A stretch of 64,000 nt of DNA from Planctomycetota bacterium (GTDB lineage Bacteria; Planctomycetota; B15-G4; SIAN01): assembly GCA_031409275.1 (NCBI GenBank), contig JANNXA010000028.1, positions 1-64,000 on the forward strand. The letters are read 5' to 3'. Positions 1 to 9,300 of the stretch are shown here, one piece after another; the stretch's first letter is position 1, and each line of letters starts with the position of its first letter. The notes under the pieces are model-generated. The model searched no databases, had not been told where the DNA came from, and saw only the letters and a list, made by a program, of their open reading frames with translations. The position numbers and the translations under genes are program-made.

Positions 1-70
1 AGAGCGCTTCAGGAACGCGATCTACTTCCACTTGGGCGGCCTCGACCTCTACCCCAGCGCCGGCTCATGA
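1..70 (+). CDS. ISL3-family transposase, C-terminal end (partial; 5' part outside window)
   Basis: Frame 2 reads ERFRNAIYFHLGGLDLYPSAGS* (TGA 68-70), matching the characteristic C-terminus of ISL3 transposases (...FRNAIYFHLGGLDLYP). Not in the ORF track. Confidence 0.85.
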   Translation, partial: ERFRNAIYFHLGGLDLYPSAGS

Positions 71-141
71 CTCATGCGCAGCCGGACCTCTCCTCCCCAA
101 CGATCCAGCCGGGCAGAACCCACACGAAAGTCTGATGCGCC
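1..141 (+). mobile_element. ISL3-family insertion sequence, right end with terminal inverted repeat (~118-141)
   Basis: The transposase stop is followed by ACCCACACGAAAGTCTGATGCGCC, resembling ISL3 right ends (ACCCAC...GAAGAGCC). A host reading frame resumes at base 142. Confidence 0.75.
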
Positions 142-714
142 AAGACGCGCAAGCTGCTCACCATCAATCGAACCAGTGGCAAGTCGACGGTCGTGACGAC
201 GCTGCCCGCCGCGTACACCGATATCCGCGGGCTCGCGTATCGCGAGAGCGACAGCAAGGTCTACTACTGGGACGAGAGCACCGAATCGCTGATGCGCTAC
301 GACACGACGGCGAAGAAGAGCGAGTACGTCGTGGGGTTGATCCTTGGCACCAACGGGATGATCGACGAGATCACCTTCATCAACGGGCATCTCTTCGTGT
401 CGCTGCGCTACTACGACCCGTTGACGACGCTCTGGTCGATGCGGCTCGCCGAGCTCGATCTGGTGACCGCGGCGTTCACGGTGACCGGCCCGGTCATCAC
501 CGACTGCTCCGCCCACAGCCTGCTGATCCAGTCGATCCCGGAAGTCATCTCGTGGAAGCAGATCAGCGGGCCTGGCGTCGCCGCGTTCACGAATCCGGCC
601 GATCCGGCGACGACCACGACCTACAGCGTGCCGGGGCAATACGTCCTCGAGCTGTCGGCGACGGCGCTGAACGGGACCGTCATCAGCGACACGGTGACGG
701 TCGACGTCCTCTGA
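142..714 (+). pseudogene. 3' remnant of an IS-interrupted secreted protein (beta-propeller-like region plus C-terminal PKD/Ig-like domain)
   Basis: Frame 1 is open from the IS end (KTRKLLTINRTSGKSTVVTTLPAAY...) to TGA 714 with no convincing start or RBS. The C-terminus WKQISGPG..F...TT.YSVPGQYVLELSA..DTVTVDV is PKD-like. Confidence 0.7.
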
Positions 715-740
715 TCCGCTGATCCGCTGATCCGCTGATC
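711..740. repeat. Short tandem repeat (CTGATCCG) x ~3.75
   Basis: ctgatccg ctgatccg ctgatccg ctgatc, overlapping the stop codon, between convergent genes. Confidence 0.9.
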
Positions 741-771
741 GCCGCAGGCAACGACCGTCCGCTTCCGACGG

Positions 772-2589
772 TCAGTAGTCGCGCGCCAATCGCAGCGGCC
801 GCAGCATCGCGCGTTTCTTGTGCTGGTGCGACCGCATGCGGCTGAGGATGTCGGCGAGCGCGTCGATGGCCGCAGCGAGATGCGGCCCCTTGTTCAGCAT
901 CACGCACTCCGCGCGTTCCGACATCGCGGCATCGGTGATCTCCGCCCGCGATGGACGGCCGCTCTTGGCCAGCGTTTCGAGGACCTGGGTCGCCCAGATG
1001 ACCGGGACGTGCGCCGCCTCGCAGATCCAGAGGATCTCCTCCTGGACCTCGGCGAGCCGCTCGAAGCCGCACTCCACGGCGAGGTCGCCGCGCGCGATCA
1101 TCACGCCGTCGCGCGGGCTGCGCATCGTCTCCAGCAGCAGCGCCGGCAAGGCTTCGAATGCTCGGCGCGTCTCGATCTTGAGCACGATGCCGAGGTCGCT
1201 GCGGCCGTGGCTGGCGATCAGGCGTTCGAGCTCCTGGATGTCGGCGGGGCGTTGGACGAAGGAGAGGGCGACGATGTCGGCGTGGCGCGCGACGAATGCA
1301 AGGTCGTCCCGGTCCTTGGCGGTCAGCGCCGGCAGGTCGAGCCGGCTTTCCGGAAGGTTGATCCCCTTGTCGGCGCGCAAGCGTTCGCCGGTCGGTCCGG
1401 CATGGGTGATCTCGAGTTCGAGCGCGTCGGCTTCGGAGCGGCGCACCGTCGCGCCGATGCGGCCGTCGTCGAACCAGACCGGCTCGCCGGTGCGCACGCA
1501 TTCGAAGATCTGCGGCAGCGTGCAGCCGATTCGCGCCGGGGCCAAGAGGCGGCCGCCACCATCGCGCTCGGCCGGTCGACCGGGTTCGAGCTCACGCGTC
1601 AACAGGAGCGTGTCGCCGCGCGCCAGCTCGAGGAGGCCCGCGCGGGCCGGCAGCGCGCCGATGGGAGCCGTTGCGTTCCCTCCGGAGCGCAATTCCGTGC
1701 CTGGCACGAAGTAGGCCGTCTTCTCGAGGTCGCACCAGGCGCCGCCGTCGTGCACGCTGATCACGCGCAGTTCACGCTTCGCCCCTCGCGCGTCGACGAA
1801 GTCGATCGCGGTGTCGGCCGCGAGCGTCGAGATGAACTCGGCCGGCACCGGCAACATCGCATCCGCCGCGGCGGGGGGCTTGGTTGCGCCGGCGAGCCAG
1901 AGGCGCGCCGCACGGATCGCCCGGCCGAACGGATCGCGGTTCGGGCGCACCTTGACAACGGCCGGCCCTTCGAGGATCGGCCCGGTTCGCAGCTTGGGAC
2001 CGGCGAGGTCCATCATGATCTGGCAGGGCCGTTGAGTCGCGTCCGCCGTTCGGCGCACGTTCTCGACCATCCGCTCCCAGGTCGCCGGCCCGTCATGGGC
2101 GCAGTTGATCCGCGCGCAGTCCATGCCGCGCTCGAGCCAGTCGCGCAGCAGCGCTGCATCGCTCGCCGCCTCGGTCGGCAACGTCACCATGATGCGGACG
2201 GCGCGTTCCGGTCGTGGCGGCCCGAAGAGCTCTTGCGTGTGTCGATCGAGCAGCGCCGGGCCGTCCCGGAAGCCGGGCGCGCTGACCGACGGCGCGGTCT
2301 CGATCGGCGCGCGGCCGGCGAGACCGCGCAGCGCCGCGAGCACGGCGTCGAGCCCGGCGAGGACGTGCGCTTCGAGGCGACCGAGGGAGGAGAGCCCGAG
2401 TTCCGTCAGCGCGCGCTGCAACGGGCGGACGTCGTGGCTGCGCAGCGCCAGGTAGTGAACCAGGTTGCGCGCGCTGCGGGCGTAGCTCGGCGTGACGGCG
2501 GCGAGCGCGGCGGCGCGATCGGACTCGGCGGTCACGAGCGCCTGTCGCAAGGTGGTCACCGTTTCGATCAGCGCGTCGATCTTCTCCAT
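772..2589 (-). CDS. pyk: Pyruvate kinase (long-B-domain type, 605 aa)
   Basis: Motifs RIMVTLP, GMDCARINCAH, DLAGPKLRTG, KGINLP, LSFV, KIET, GVMIARGDLAVE, WATQVLE, PSRAEITD, CVMLNKG. Confidence 0.92.
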   Translation of the reverse strand: MEKIDALIETVTTLRQALVTAESDRAAALAAVTPSYARSARNLVHYLALRSHDVRPLQRALTELGLSSLGRLEAHVLAGLDAVLAALRGLAGRAPIETAPSVSAPGFRDGPALLDRHTQELFGPPRPERAVRIMVTLPTEAASDAALLRDWLERGMDCARINCAHDGPATWERMVENVRRTADATQRPCQIMMDLAGPKLRTGPILEGPAVVKVRPNRDPFGRAIRAARLWLAGATKPPAAADAMLPVPAEFISTLAADTAIDFVDARGAKRELRVISVHDGGAWCDLEKTAYFVPGTELRSGGNATAPIGALPARAGLLELARGDTLLLTRELEPGRPAERDGGGRLLAPARIGCTLPQIFECVRTGEPVWFDDGRIGATVRRSEADALELEITHAGPTGERLRADKGINLPESRLDLPALTAKDRDDLAFVARHADIVALSFVQRPADIQELERLIASHGRSDLGIVLKIETRRAFEALPALLLETMRSPRDGVMIARGDLAVECGFERLAEVQEEILWICEAAHVPVIWATQVLETLAKSGRPSRAEITDAAMSERAECVMLNKGPHLAAAIDALADILSRMRSHQHKKRAMLRPLRLARDY

Positions 2590-2666
2590 GCGGATCGGAT
2601 GCTAGTTGGGCACCATCTGCGCGCTTTGTGAAGCCTCGGCAAAGGCAAGGCGGCACTCGACGCTCC

Positions 2667-3212
2667 TCAGCGCAGCGGCGGCTTTCCGTGCGCGGTACGT
2701 CGAGTGTTGAGCTCGGCCAGTGCGGCCGGCTCGCGCGAGAGGAACTTGACGAGTTGCGAGGTCGTGAGGCCGAGCGTGCGTGCGGTGGCCGGGACATCGT
2801 CGTCGAGGTGGGCCAGCGCGTCGAGCGCTTCGGCCAGCAGCGCGGGGAAGTCGGCGTGGTCGACGCTGGCGGGGAGCTTGGTGCCGCGCATGCGCGAGCG
2901 CCACAACTCGCTTGGGACGTAGGTCGGGATGGCGGCGTCAGAGTCGGCCGCGGCGCTGGGGGTGGGAATGCCCGGCAACGGCAGCCGGTGGCGCAGCGCG
3001 AGGTTCAAGCGCAGGCGGTGGATCGCCGCGGTTCGATTGACGTCGAGGCTGCGCCGCTCGCCGGCCTGCGCGTGGATGCCGGTCGGGCGATGGGTGAGGC
3101 GCGCCATCGTCTCCGTCTTGTTGCGGTGCTGCCCGCCGGGTCCCGGCCCGCGCGACTTGTGGTACTCGACGTCACGCAGCAGGACGTCGACGGGGAGCGC
3201 GGCGGGGTGCAT
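2667..3212 (-). CDS. Peptide chain release factor-like protein (RF-1/GGQ domain, ArfB/PrfH-like) with C-terminal helical extension
   Basis: SRGPGPGGQHRNKTET...LTHRPTGI...ERRS motif. Likely start MHPAALP at 3212. Confidence 0.8.
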   Translation of the reverse strand: MHPAALPVDVLLRDVEYHKSRGPGPGGQHRNKTETMARLTHRPTGIHAQAGERRSLDVNRTAAIHRLRLNLALRHRLPLPGIPTPSAAADSDAAIPTYVPSELWRSRMRGTKLPASVDHADFPALLAEALDALAHLDDDVPATARTLGLTTSQLVKFLSREPAALAELNTRRTAHGKPPLR

Positions 3213-3220
3213 GCGGCGGG

Positions 3221-5293
3221 ATGGTAGCGCTCGCGGCGAAGGGGGCCGACAATGGCGCCGCCCCGAACAGCGGACGAAGACGACGAGCGGAGCATGGCGT
3301 GGTGGAACGAGCAACGAGCCGCACCGGCGGATGGGTCGCGGCGATCGGCGCGCTGGTGGCGATTGGCGCAGTACTGCCGACCGGCTCGCCGGCGGCGCCG
3401 CAAGCAACCTCGATCGCTCCCGCCGTCGCGCCGCAGAATCTGCTGCTGATCACGCTCGACACATTTCGCGCCGATCGCATCGCGCCATGGGGCGCCGGCG
3501 GCCTCGCTCCGACGCTCGATGCGTTGGCGGCGGAGAGCCTGGTCGCGCGCAACGCCTACGCGGTCGCGCCGCTGACCTTCCCCTCGCACTCGTCGATGCT
3601 GACTGGCCTCTACCCTTTCGCTCACGGCGTGCGCGACAACGACCTTTACCGCCTCGATCCGTCCGCCCCGTCCGTTGCGCGCGAGCTGCACGACGCGGGC
3701 TATCGCACGGAGGCGATCGTGGCGGCGTCGGTGCTGCGCTCGGGCACCGGGCTCGACCTCGGCTTCGAGCGCTACAGCGACGTCGAGTTCACCCGTGGCC
3801 GCAACCTCGCCATCGAATCGGAACGTCGCGCCGCCGCCGTCAGCGACGAACTGCTGACGCGCCTCGCGATCGCCGACCCGCGGCCGTGGTTCCTTTGGGC
3901 GCACTACTTCGACACCCACGCGCCGTACGCCGCGCCCGAGGGGCCGCCGCGCAGCGCGACGCTGATCGAGCAGTACGACGCCGAGGTGCGCTACCTCGAC
4001 GGCCAGCTCGCGCGAGTGATCGCGGCGTTGCGCGAGTCGCAGGCGTTGGCGCGCACGTGGATCGTCGTCTGCGCGGACCACGGCGAAGGACTCGGGATCC
4101 AGCAGGAGATGGCGCATGCCTATCTGTGCGAAGAGGGAACGATGCACGTGCCCCTCTTCGTGCGCCGGCCCGACGGCGGGCTGCGCGGCGAACTGGCGAC
4201 GCTGACGAGCGGCGTCGATGTCGCGGCGACGTTGTTGTCGGCGGGTGGAGTCGCGTCCGCGGCACAGCGGCATGGCCAGGACCTCGTCGCGGCCTTCGCG
4301 CAACAGCAGGCCGGCGGTCCCGCCGCCGACGCGCTGGCGGAGCGCGCGGTCTGGTTCGAGTCGTGGGCCGGATGGCATCAGTTCAAGTGGGCGCGCGTGG
4401 AGGGAATCGTCGCGGGCCGCTTCAAGTACGTGAAGAGCCTGGGTGACGAGCTCTTCGACCTGACCGAGCTGCCGCTCGAAGGACGCAACGTGGCGAGCGA
4501 GCGCGGCGACGTGTTGCGCGCGATGAAGCAGCGCTTCGCCGCACTGATCGAGGAGCCGGTGACGCGCCTCGATTCGGCGACCGACAGCCTGCCCCCCGAA
4601 GAGGTCGCGCGGCTGCGCGAGCTCGGCTACCTCGCCCGCATGGTCGGCGACGACGAGGCGAACGCGGAGTCGACGCTCGACCCGCGCGTCCACTACAAGA
4701 GCTGCCTCGAGCTCGAGTTCGCGCTCGAGGCCGCGCAGCGCGGCGAGTTCGACGTGGCGGTGCGGTCGCTCGACGGCCTGTCGCGCGCCTATCCGCAGAA
4801 CCCGTTGTTCCGCGAGTTCCACGGCAAGGTGCTGCTCAAGGCGGGTCGCAAGGAGCAGGCGGCGCAGGTGTTCGCGGCGGCGCTGCAGATCGACCCCGAT
4901 CTCGTCTCGTCGGGCTTCTATCTCGGCACGCTGATGCGCGAGGCGGGACGCATCCCCGAGGCGCGCCGCCTGCTGGAGCATGTGGTGGCGCTGTCGCCGG
5001 TGCATCTGGAGGCGTGGATGCAGCTGCGCGCGGTGCACGACGCGGACAAGCGCTACGACCTCGTGCTGCTCGACACCATCGAGGTGGTTCGCCTCGCGGC
5101 AGCGCTTCGCAGCGACGACGGCGACGCGCTGGCGAAGAACTCGCTCGATCAGTGGCTCCCGAACGTGCTGGCCAAGCGACTGAAGGGCGATCCGCGCCTG
5201 CCGGAGCTTTTGGTCCAAGCGCGCGTGCGGCTCGGCGACGGCGAATTGCCCGCGCTGGCGAAGGCGCGCGCGCTGCTCGACGCCGCGAACTGA
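3221..5293 (+). CDS. Sulfatase-like (alkaline phosphatase superfamily) hydrolase fused to TPR repeats, exported
   Basis: NLLLITLDTFRAD, PLTFPSHSSMLTGLYP, WAHYFDTHAPY, ADHGEGLG, LRELGYL, then TPR-like helices. N-terminal hydrophobic segment; true start may be downstream of 3221. Confidence 0.85.
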   Translation: MVALAAKGADNGAAPNSGRRRRAEHGVVERATSRTGGWVAAIGALVAIGAVLPTGSPAAPQATSIAPAVAPQNLLLITLDTFRADRIAPWGAGGLAPTLDALAAESLVARNAYAVAPLTFPSHSSMLTGLYPFAHGVRDNDLYRLDPSAPSVARELHDAGYRTEAIVAASVLRSGTGLDLGFERYSDVEFTRGRNLAIESERRAAAVSDELLTRLAIADPRPWFLWAHYFDTHAPYAAPEGPPRSATLIEQYDAEVRYLDGQLARVIAALRESQALARTWIVVCADHGEGLGIQQEMAHAYLCEEGTMHVPLFVRRPDGGLRGELATLTSGVDVAATLLSAGGVASAAQRHGQDLVAAFAQQQAGGPAADALAERAVWFESWAGWHQFKWARVEGIVAGRFKYVKSLGDELFDLTELPLEGRNVASERGDVLRAMKQRFAALIEEPVTRLDSATDSLPPEEVARLRELGYLARMVGDDEANAESTLDPRVHYKSCLELEFALEAAQRGEFDVAVRSLDGLSRAYPQNPLFREFHGKVLLKAGRKEQAAQVFAAALQIDPDLVSSGFYLGTLMREAGRIPEARRLLEHVVALSPVHLEAWMQLRAVHDADKRYDLVLLDTIEVVRLAAALRSDDGDALAKNSLDQWLPNVLAKRLKGDPRLPELLVQARVRLGDGELPALAKARALLDAAN

Positions 5294-5691
5294 CGCGCGA
5301 CGATCTCGCCGATGGACGCCTGCCACCTACGGGGCCTCGAGCGCGCGCGCCGCTGCACCGCTCGCACGCTGCGCGGGCCAGCCCATGACGGCGCGTTCGA
5401 CCGCGTCTTCCGGGCGTCGCTCACGGCCGCGGGGCGGATAGCCGAGACGTGGCGCCTCAGAGAGGAGCTCGATGCCATCGCCGGGACCGCTCCCGCTGGA
5501 CCATGACGTTGCCGATCTGTTGCACGAGTGGTGCGCCGCGCAGTCGTGCCTGGCCGACGCGCGCCCTCGCGAAGTGCGGGGCGATCGATGTGCCGGTCAT
5601 CGGACGCGTCGGTTGATCCGCAACAAGGCGGTGACGGCGTGCCCGCGGCAAGGGGCGCACGGAGGAGTGCGAGGAGATCGCCGTCGGACGC

Positions 5692-6210
5692 ATGAACATG
5701 ATCGAGCTCGATGGCACGGTCCGCTTGTCGATCTCGAACCGTTCGCACTTCCCCGGCGGCTGTTGCCAGAGGATCGCGAACGCGCGGCCCGACCGCCGCA
5801 GCGTCGCCGGGATGCGCTTCGTCGACGACGCCGGCACCGAGAACGGCGGCCTCATCCAGCACCGCAAGTTGAATGCGAGCGTCGCCACGCGCACCGGCGT
5901 CATCGTCAACGATCGCCCCGACCCGCAGCGCTTCTCGATCCACGACCTGAAGGTGGCGATCGCGCAGACCGAGTCGCTGCCCGTTGCAGAGCGCGAGGCG
6001 CGCTTCGCCGCGTTGCGCGATGAAGGCAAGGTCGGCGAGCCGCGCGTCTACCTCGGCACGACCCGCCATCGTGGCTTCGCGCTCATGCTGTCCGACGCGA
6101 AGGGCCGCGCGCGCCTCCTGCTCCTCGTGCCCGCGCAGGGCGAGCCGGTGCTGCAGCTGCTCGCGGAGCATTCACTCCGAGTAGTGACAACTTGCCTGTG
6201 GCCCCCTTGA
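5692..6210 (+). pseudogene. Conserved-hypothetical-like protein, probably 5'-truncated or degraded
   Basis: EEIAVGRMNMIELDGTVRLSISN..FPG...AGMRFVDDAGTENGGL resembles a recurring hypothetical family. In-frame stops upstream (5614-5616) leave no N-terminal signal region. Confidence 0.4.
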
Positions 6211-6259
6211 CGCCCTACCGCTTCGCGCTACTCCTTTCCCGCGTTCGACCGACCGCGAG

Positions 6260-6327
6260 GAGAGCCTGCCTGCTCTCGATCAGGACGGGCGCAGGCTCTC
6301 TGGGGTACGCGCGGCGCCTAGGCGCCG
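6260..6327. repeat. Hairpin (GAGAGCCTGC...GCAGGCTCTC, 6260-6300) and 16-bp perfect palindrome CGGCGCCTAGGCGCCG (6312-6327)
   Basis: Seen directly, upstream of the large exported-protein gene. Function unknown. Confidence 0.6.
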
Positions 6328-6344
6328 TGGAGGAGGGCGAGTCG

Positions 6345-9300
6345 ATGAAGGCGATCGAAGTAGCGGGACGCGCGGGACGTTCGCGACGAAGAGAGGCGGT
6401 GCGGAAAATGAACACGGGGGGGGGGTGCAAGTCATTGGATCGCAAGCGCGCTCCTGATCGCCGCTTTCGCTGACCCCGCGGCAACGCAGGTTCCCGGGCC
6501 CATCGCGACCACTCCCGTTAACGAAGGCGTCAATGGCGTGCATGACGTCTCGCGCGGCGAGTTCGCGCGCGATCTCGGGGGCTCCATTCCGTGGACGCGC
6601 TACGCCGACCCCGCGCACCCATTCGCGGCGGCTTGGTCAAGTCTCGCATCACCTCCCAACCCGACGTTTGCCGACTTCTTTGCAGCGGCAGCTGTCGACT
6701 TTGGTTACCTCGACTCGGTCACGTCGCAGCTCGGCATCGCCGGAATGTCGGTGATCCCACGACTTGGAGTCAACGCTTTCGAGGATCCTGCGGCAATCGC
6801 GCCACCACCTGGTGGCGGCCCGGCACCGACGTTGCCGCTGTCGCGCAAGAAGTGGTGGATCGGCGCGAGCGGGTCGGACGAGATCCTGTTCTGGCCTTAC
6901 GTTGTGAATGGCGCACCGGTGATGGTCTGCGCGGCCGGCAACGGTAGTGGCGTGCCGCTCTTCGCGTCGCAGCCACCGCCGGCTCATGTCTCGATGATGG
7001 TCCACAACTACTACTTCCACCCGAGCCAGTGGGGCAGCAACAAGAGCCGCTTCTCGACGTCGAGTGGCGACCAAGATGGCTACCGGCAGGAGTTCTCCGT
7101 CCTCAAAGGCGGTGGGGGAGCACACTGCGAAGCGTGGTGGGACGGTGGCGCCACTGGGCCATGGCTTGGTCCGAAGGAGCAGGCGATCGACGCGGGGGAC
7201 ATCGTCGTCTTGGTGCAGGAGAACTTCGGGATGAGCATCCCCGTGGCGATCCAGCGCAACCAGGAGGCGGTCGCCTTCGTCAAGCGCGAGTGGGCGAACG
7301 GGAAGATCGCCGGCCTTTCGCCCTCCTTCGTGCTGGGCATCGACGGGGCCTACCTCCACGGGACGTCGTATGGCCAGGGAATGTCGATGATCCTCGGCCT
7401 GCTGATGCCGACGACGTTCAACGGATCCACCGAGTGGATCACCGACGACGTCGCGTTCTGGAACGGCGACAGTTGGGAACTGCAGTACGACTTCGACGCG
7501 GCGATGAACCGCGGGGGATTCGCAGCCTCGACGAACACCTACTTCCCCGATCTGTGGGCGCTGGTCGATCAGCTCGGCTGTCGATTCGACGAGGCGAAGC
7601 CGGGCGTGCAGCCGTGGGACCTCGCGATCCTCAGCATGAACCAGCGCGCTGCTGAAGTGCAGATCCCGTTGATCGGCCACGTCGGCGACCATGAGGTGCA
7701 GTTCTCGGCGGGCTGGCCGTCGGACACGCCGTCGCTCAATCCCGGGAAGATCGAGCTGACGCTGTACCGCAATCGCGCGCACACGGAGCACTTCGGCGTC
7801 ATCCCGGGCGTGAACGAGTTCGGGATCTACGACGGCGGTGAGTGGGGTCGCATCAAGGGGACGCCCGGCAGCACCACGCGCAACCGACTCGTCCCGAACA
7901 CCGCGCCGCCGAGCGGCTACCCGCGCATCCCCGATCCCTACTCGCCCACGTTGCGCAAGACCCAAGTCCCGCCGCTCGCGACGATGCCCAGCGTGTTGGC
8001 CACGCTCGATCTGCGCGAAGGGATGAAGGACTCGTGGCTTGGCTGGCCGCCGCCCTCAGGACCGCCGCCGAAGTGGTGCAACTACCGCCACCCGAGCGTC
8101 GACCCGATCGCGCACAACCTCCGCGCGATCGGCCAAGGGATCTGGCCGGGCTACCGCGACCAGATGCGCGTCGCGGACCTCGACGGCGATGGGCGGATGG
8201 AGGTCGTCTTCGGCAACCTCGACGGCTACGTGCACATCCTCGAGTTCGCCGGGAGCAACGATCCGGGCGACCCCTATCGGTTGGTCGACGAGTGGCGCAG
8301 CCCCTTCCTTGGGCGCGCGATCTTCGCCTGCGACGCGCTCTTCGCAGGCGGACGCGCAACGCTCTTCTTCGCGAACGGACGCGGGGAGATCGTGAAGTTC
8401 CAGGCGACGGCGGCGAACCAGTACTCGACCCCCGTGGTCATCGCCTCGCCCGACCCGGCGACGACACCACCGACTCCCAAGTACCTCTACGACGGTTCCA
8501 CGCCGCTGCTGCTGGTCGGCAACATCGACGGGGGCGCGGGGTCATCGGGGGCCGAGGTCCTGGTGATGAACCGCTACTTCGACTGGTCGCTCTTCACGAC
8601 CAGCGGCACGAAGATCAGCAATGGACGGCTGCCGCGTCACGGACGCGCGGTCGGGCCAGCGGATGTGTATTTGAGCGAGGCTGGAGCTGTTGGCGCCTTT
8701 GGCGCCGATCCTGAGAAGGAAGTCATCGTCGCTGCGGCGGACTCGATGGTGTGGATGCTGGATCGTAAGCCAGATCCCACTACATTCGTGTGGCAGTGGA
8801 CGCAGCCGATCCAGCGAATCACCCCCTTCACCGGCCTCGTGCTCGGCAAGGCGGTTCCCTGCCACTTCAACGGCAACAGCCAGCCACCGACCCAACTGCT
8901 CCTCTTCGGTTCGAACTCCGATCGTGACGATGGTGGTTCCGGTCATAGCCCGTCCGTCATCCAGCTTTGGCAACCAGCGCTGAACGGCAATCCGGCGGTG
9001 CTCCTTGCTGAGATCGACTCGCCCGACATCGGCTTCGACGAGACGATGTCCTTCGCCTGGATCATCAAGCCGAGTCCGGCGACGCAGGGCCAGGCGGTCA
9101 AGTTCGCCGTGGCGTCTGAAACTCACGTTGCGACCTACACTGCGGGGCCCGGCGGGACGCTCGCCATGAGTTCCCAGGTCGTGACGCTTGCGGACGAAGC
9201 CGACGACACCGTTTCGAATGTCGACGTGATTACGTCGCTCGAGTGCGCCTCTCTCGACAATGGCAGCGGCCCGTCGGCCTACAACAAGCACCTGATCTAC

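Noticed and set aside
5312..5690. Short ORFs 5312-5506 and 5472-6023
   Set aside because: No recognisable motifs or RBS; possibly decayed sequence but cannot be supported as genes.
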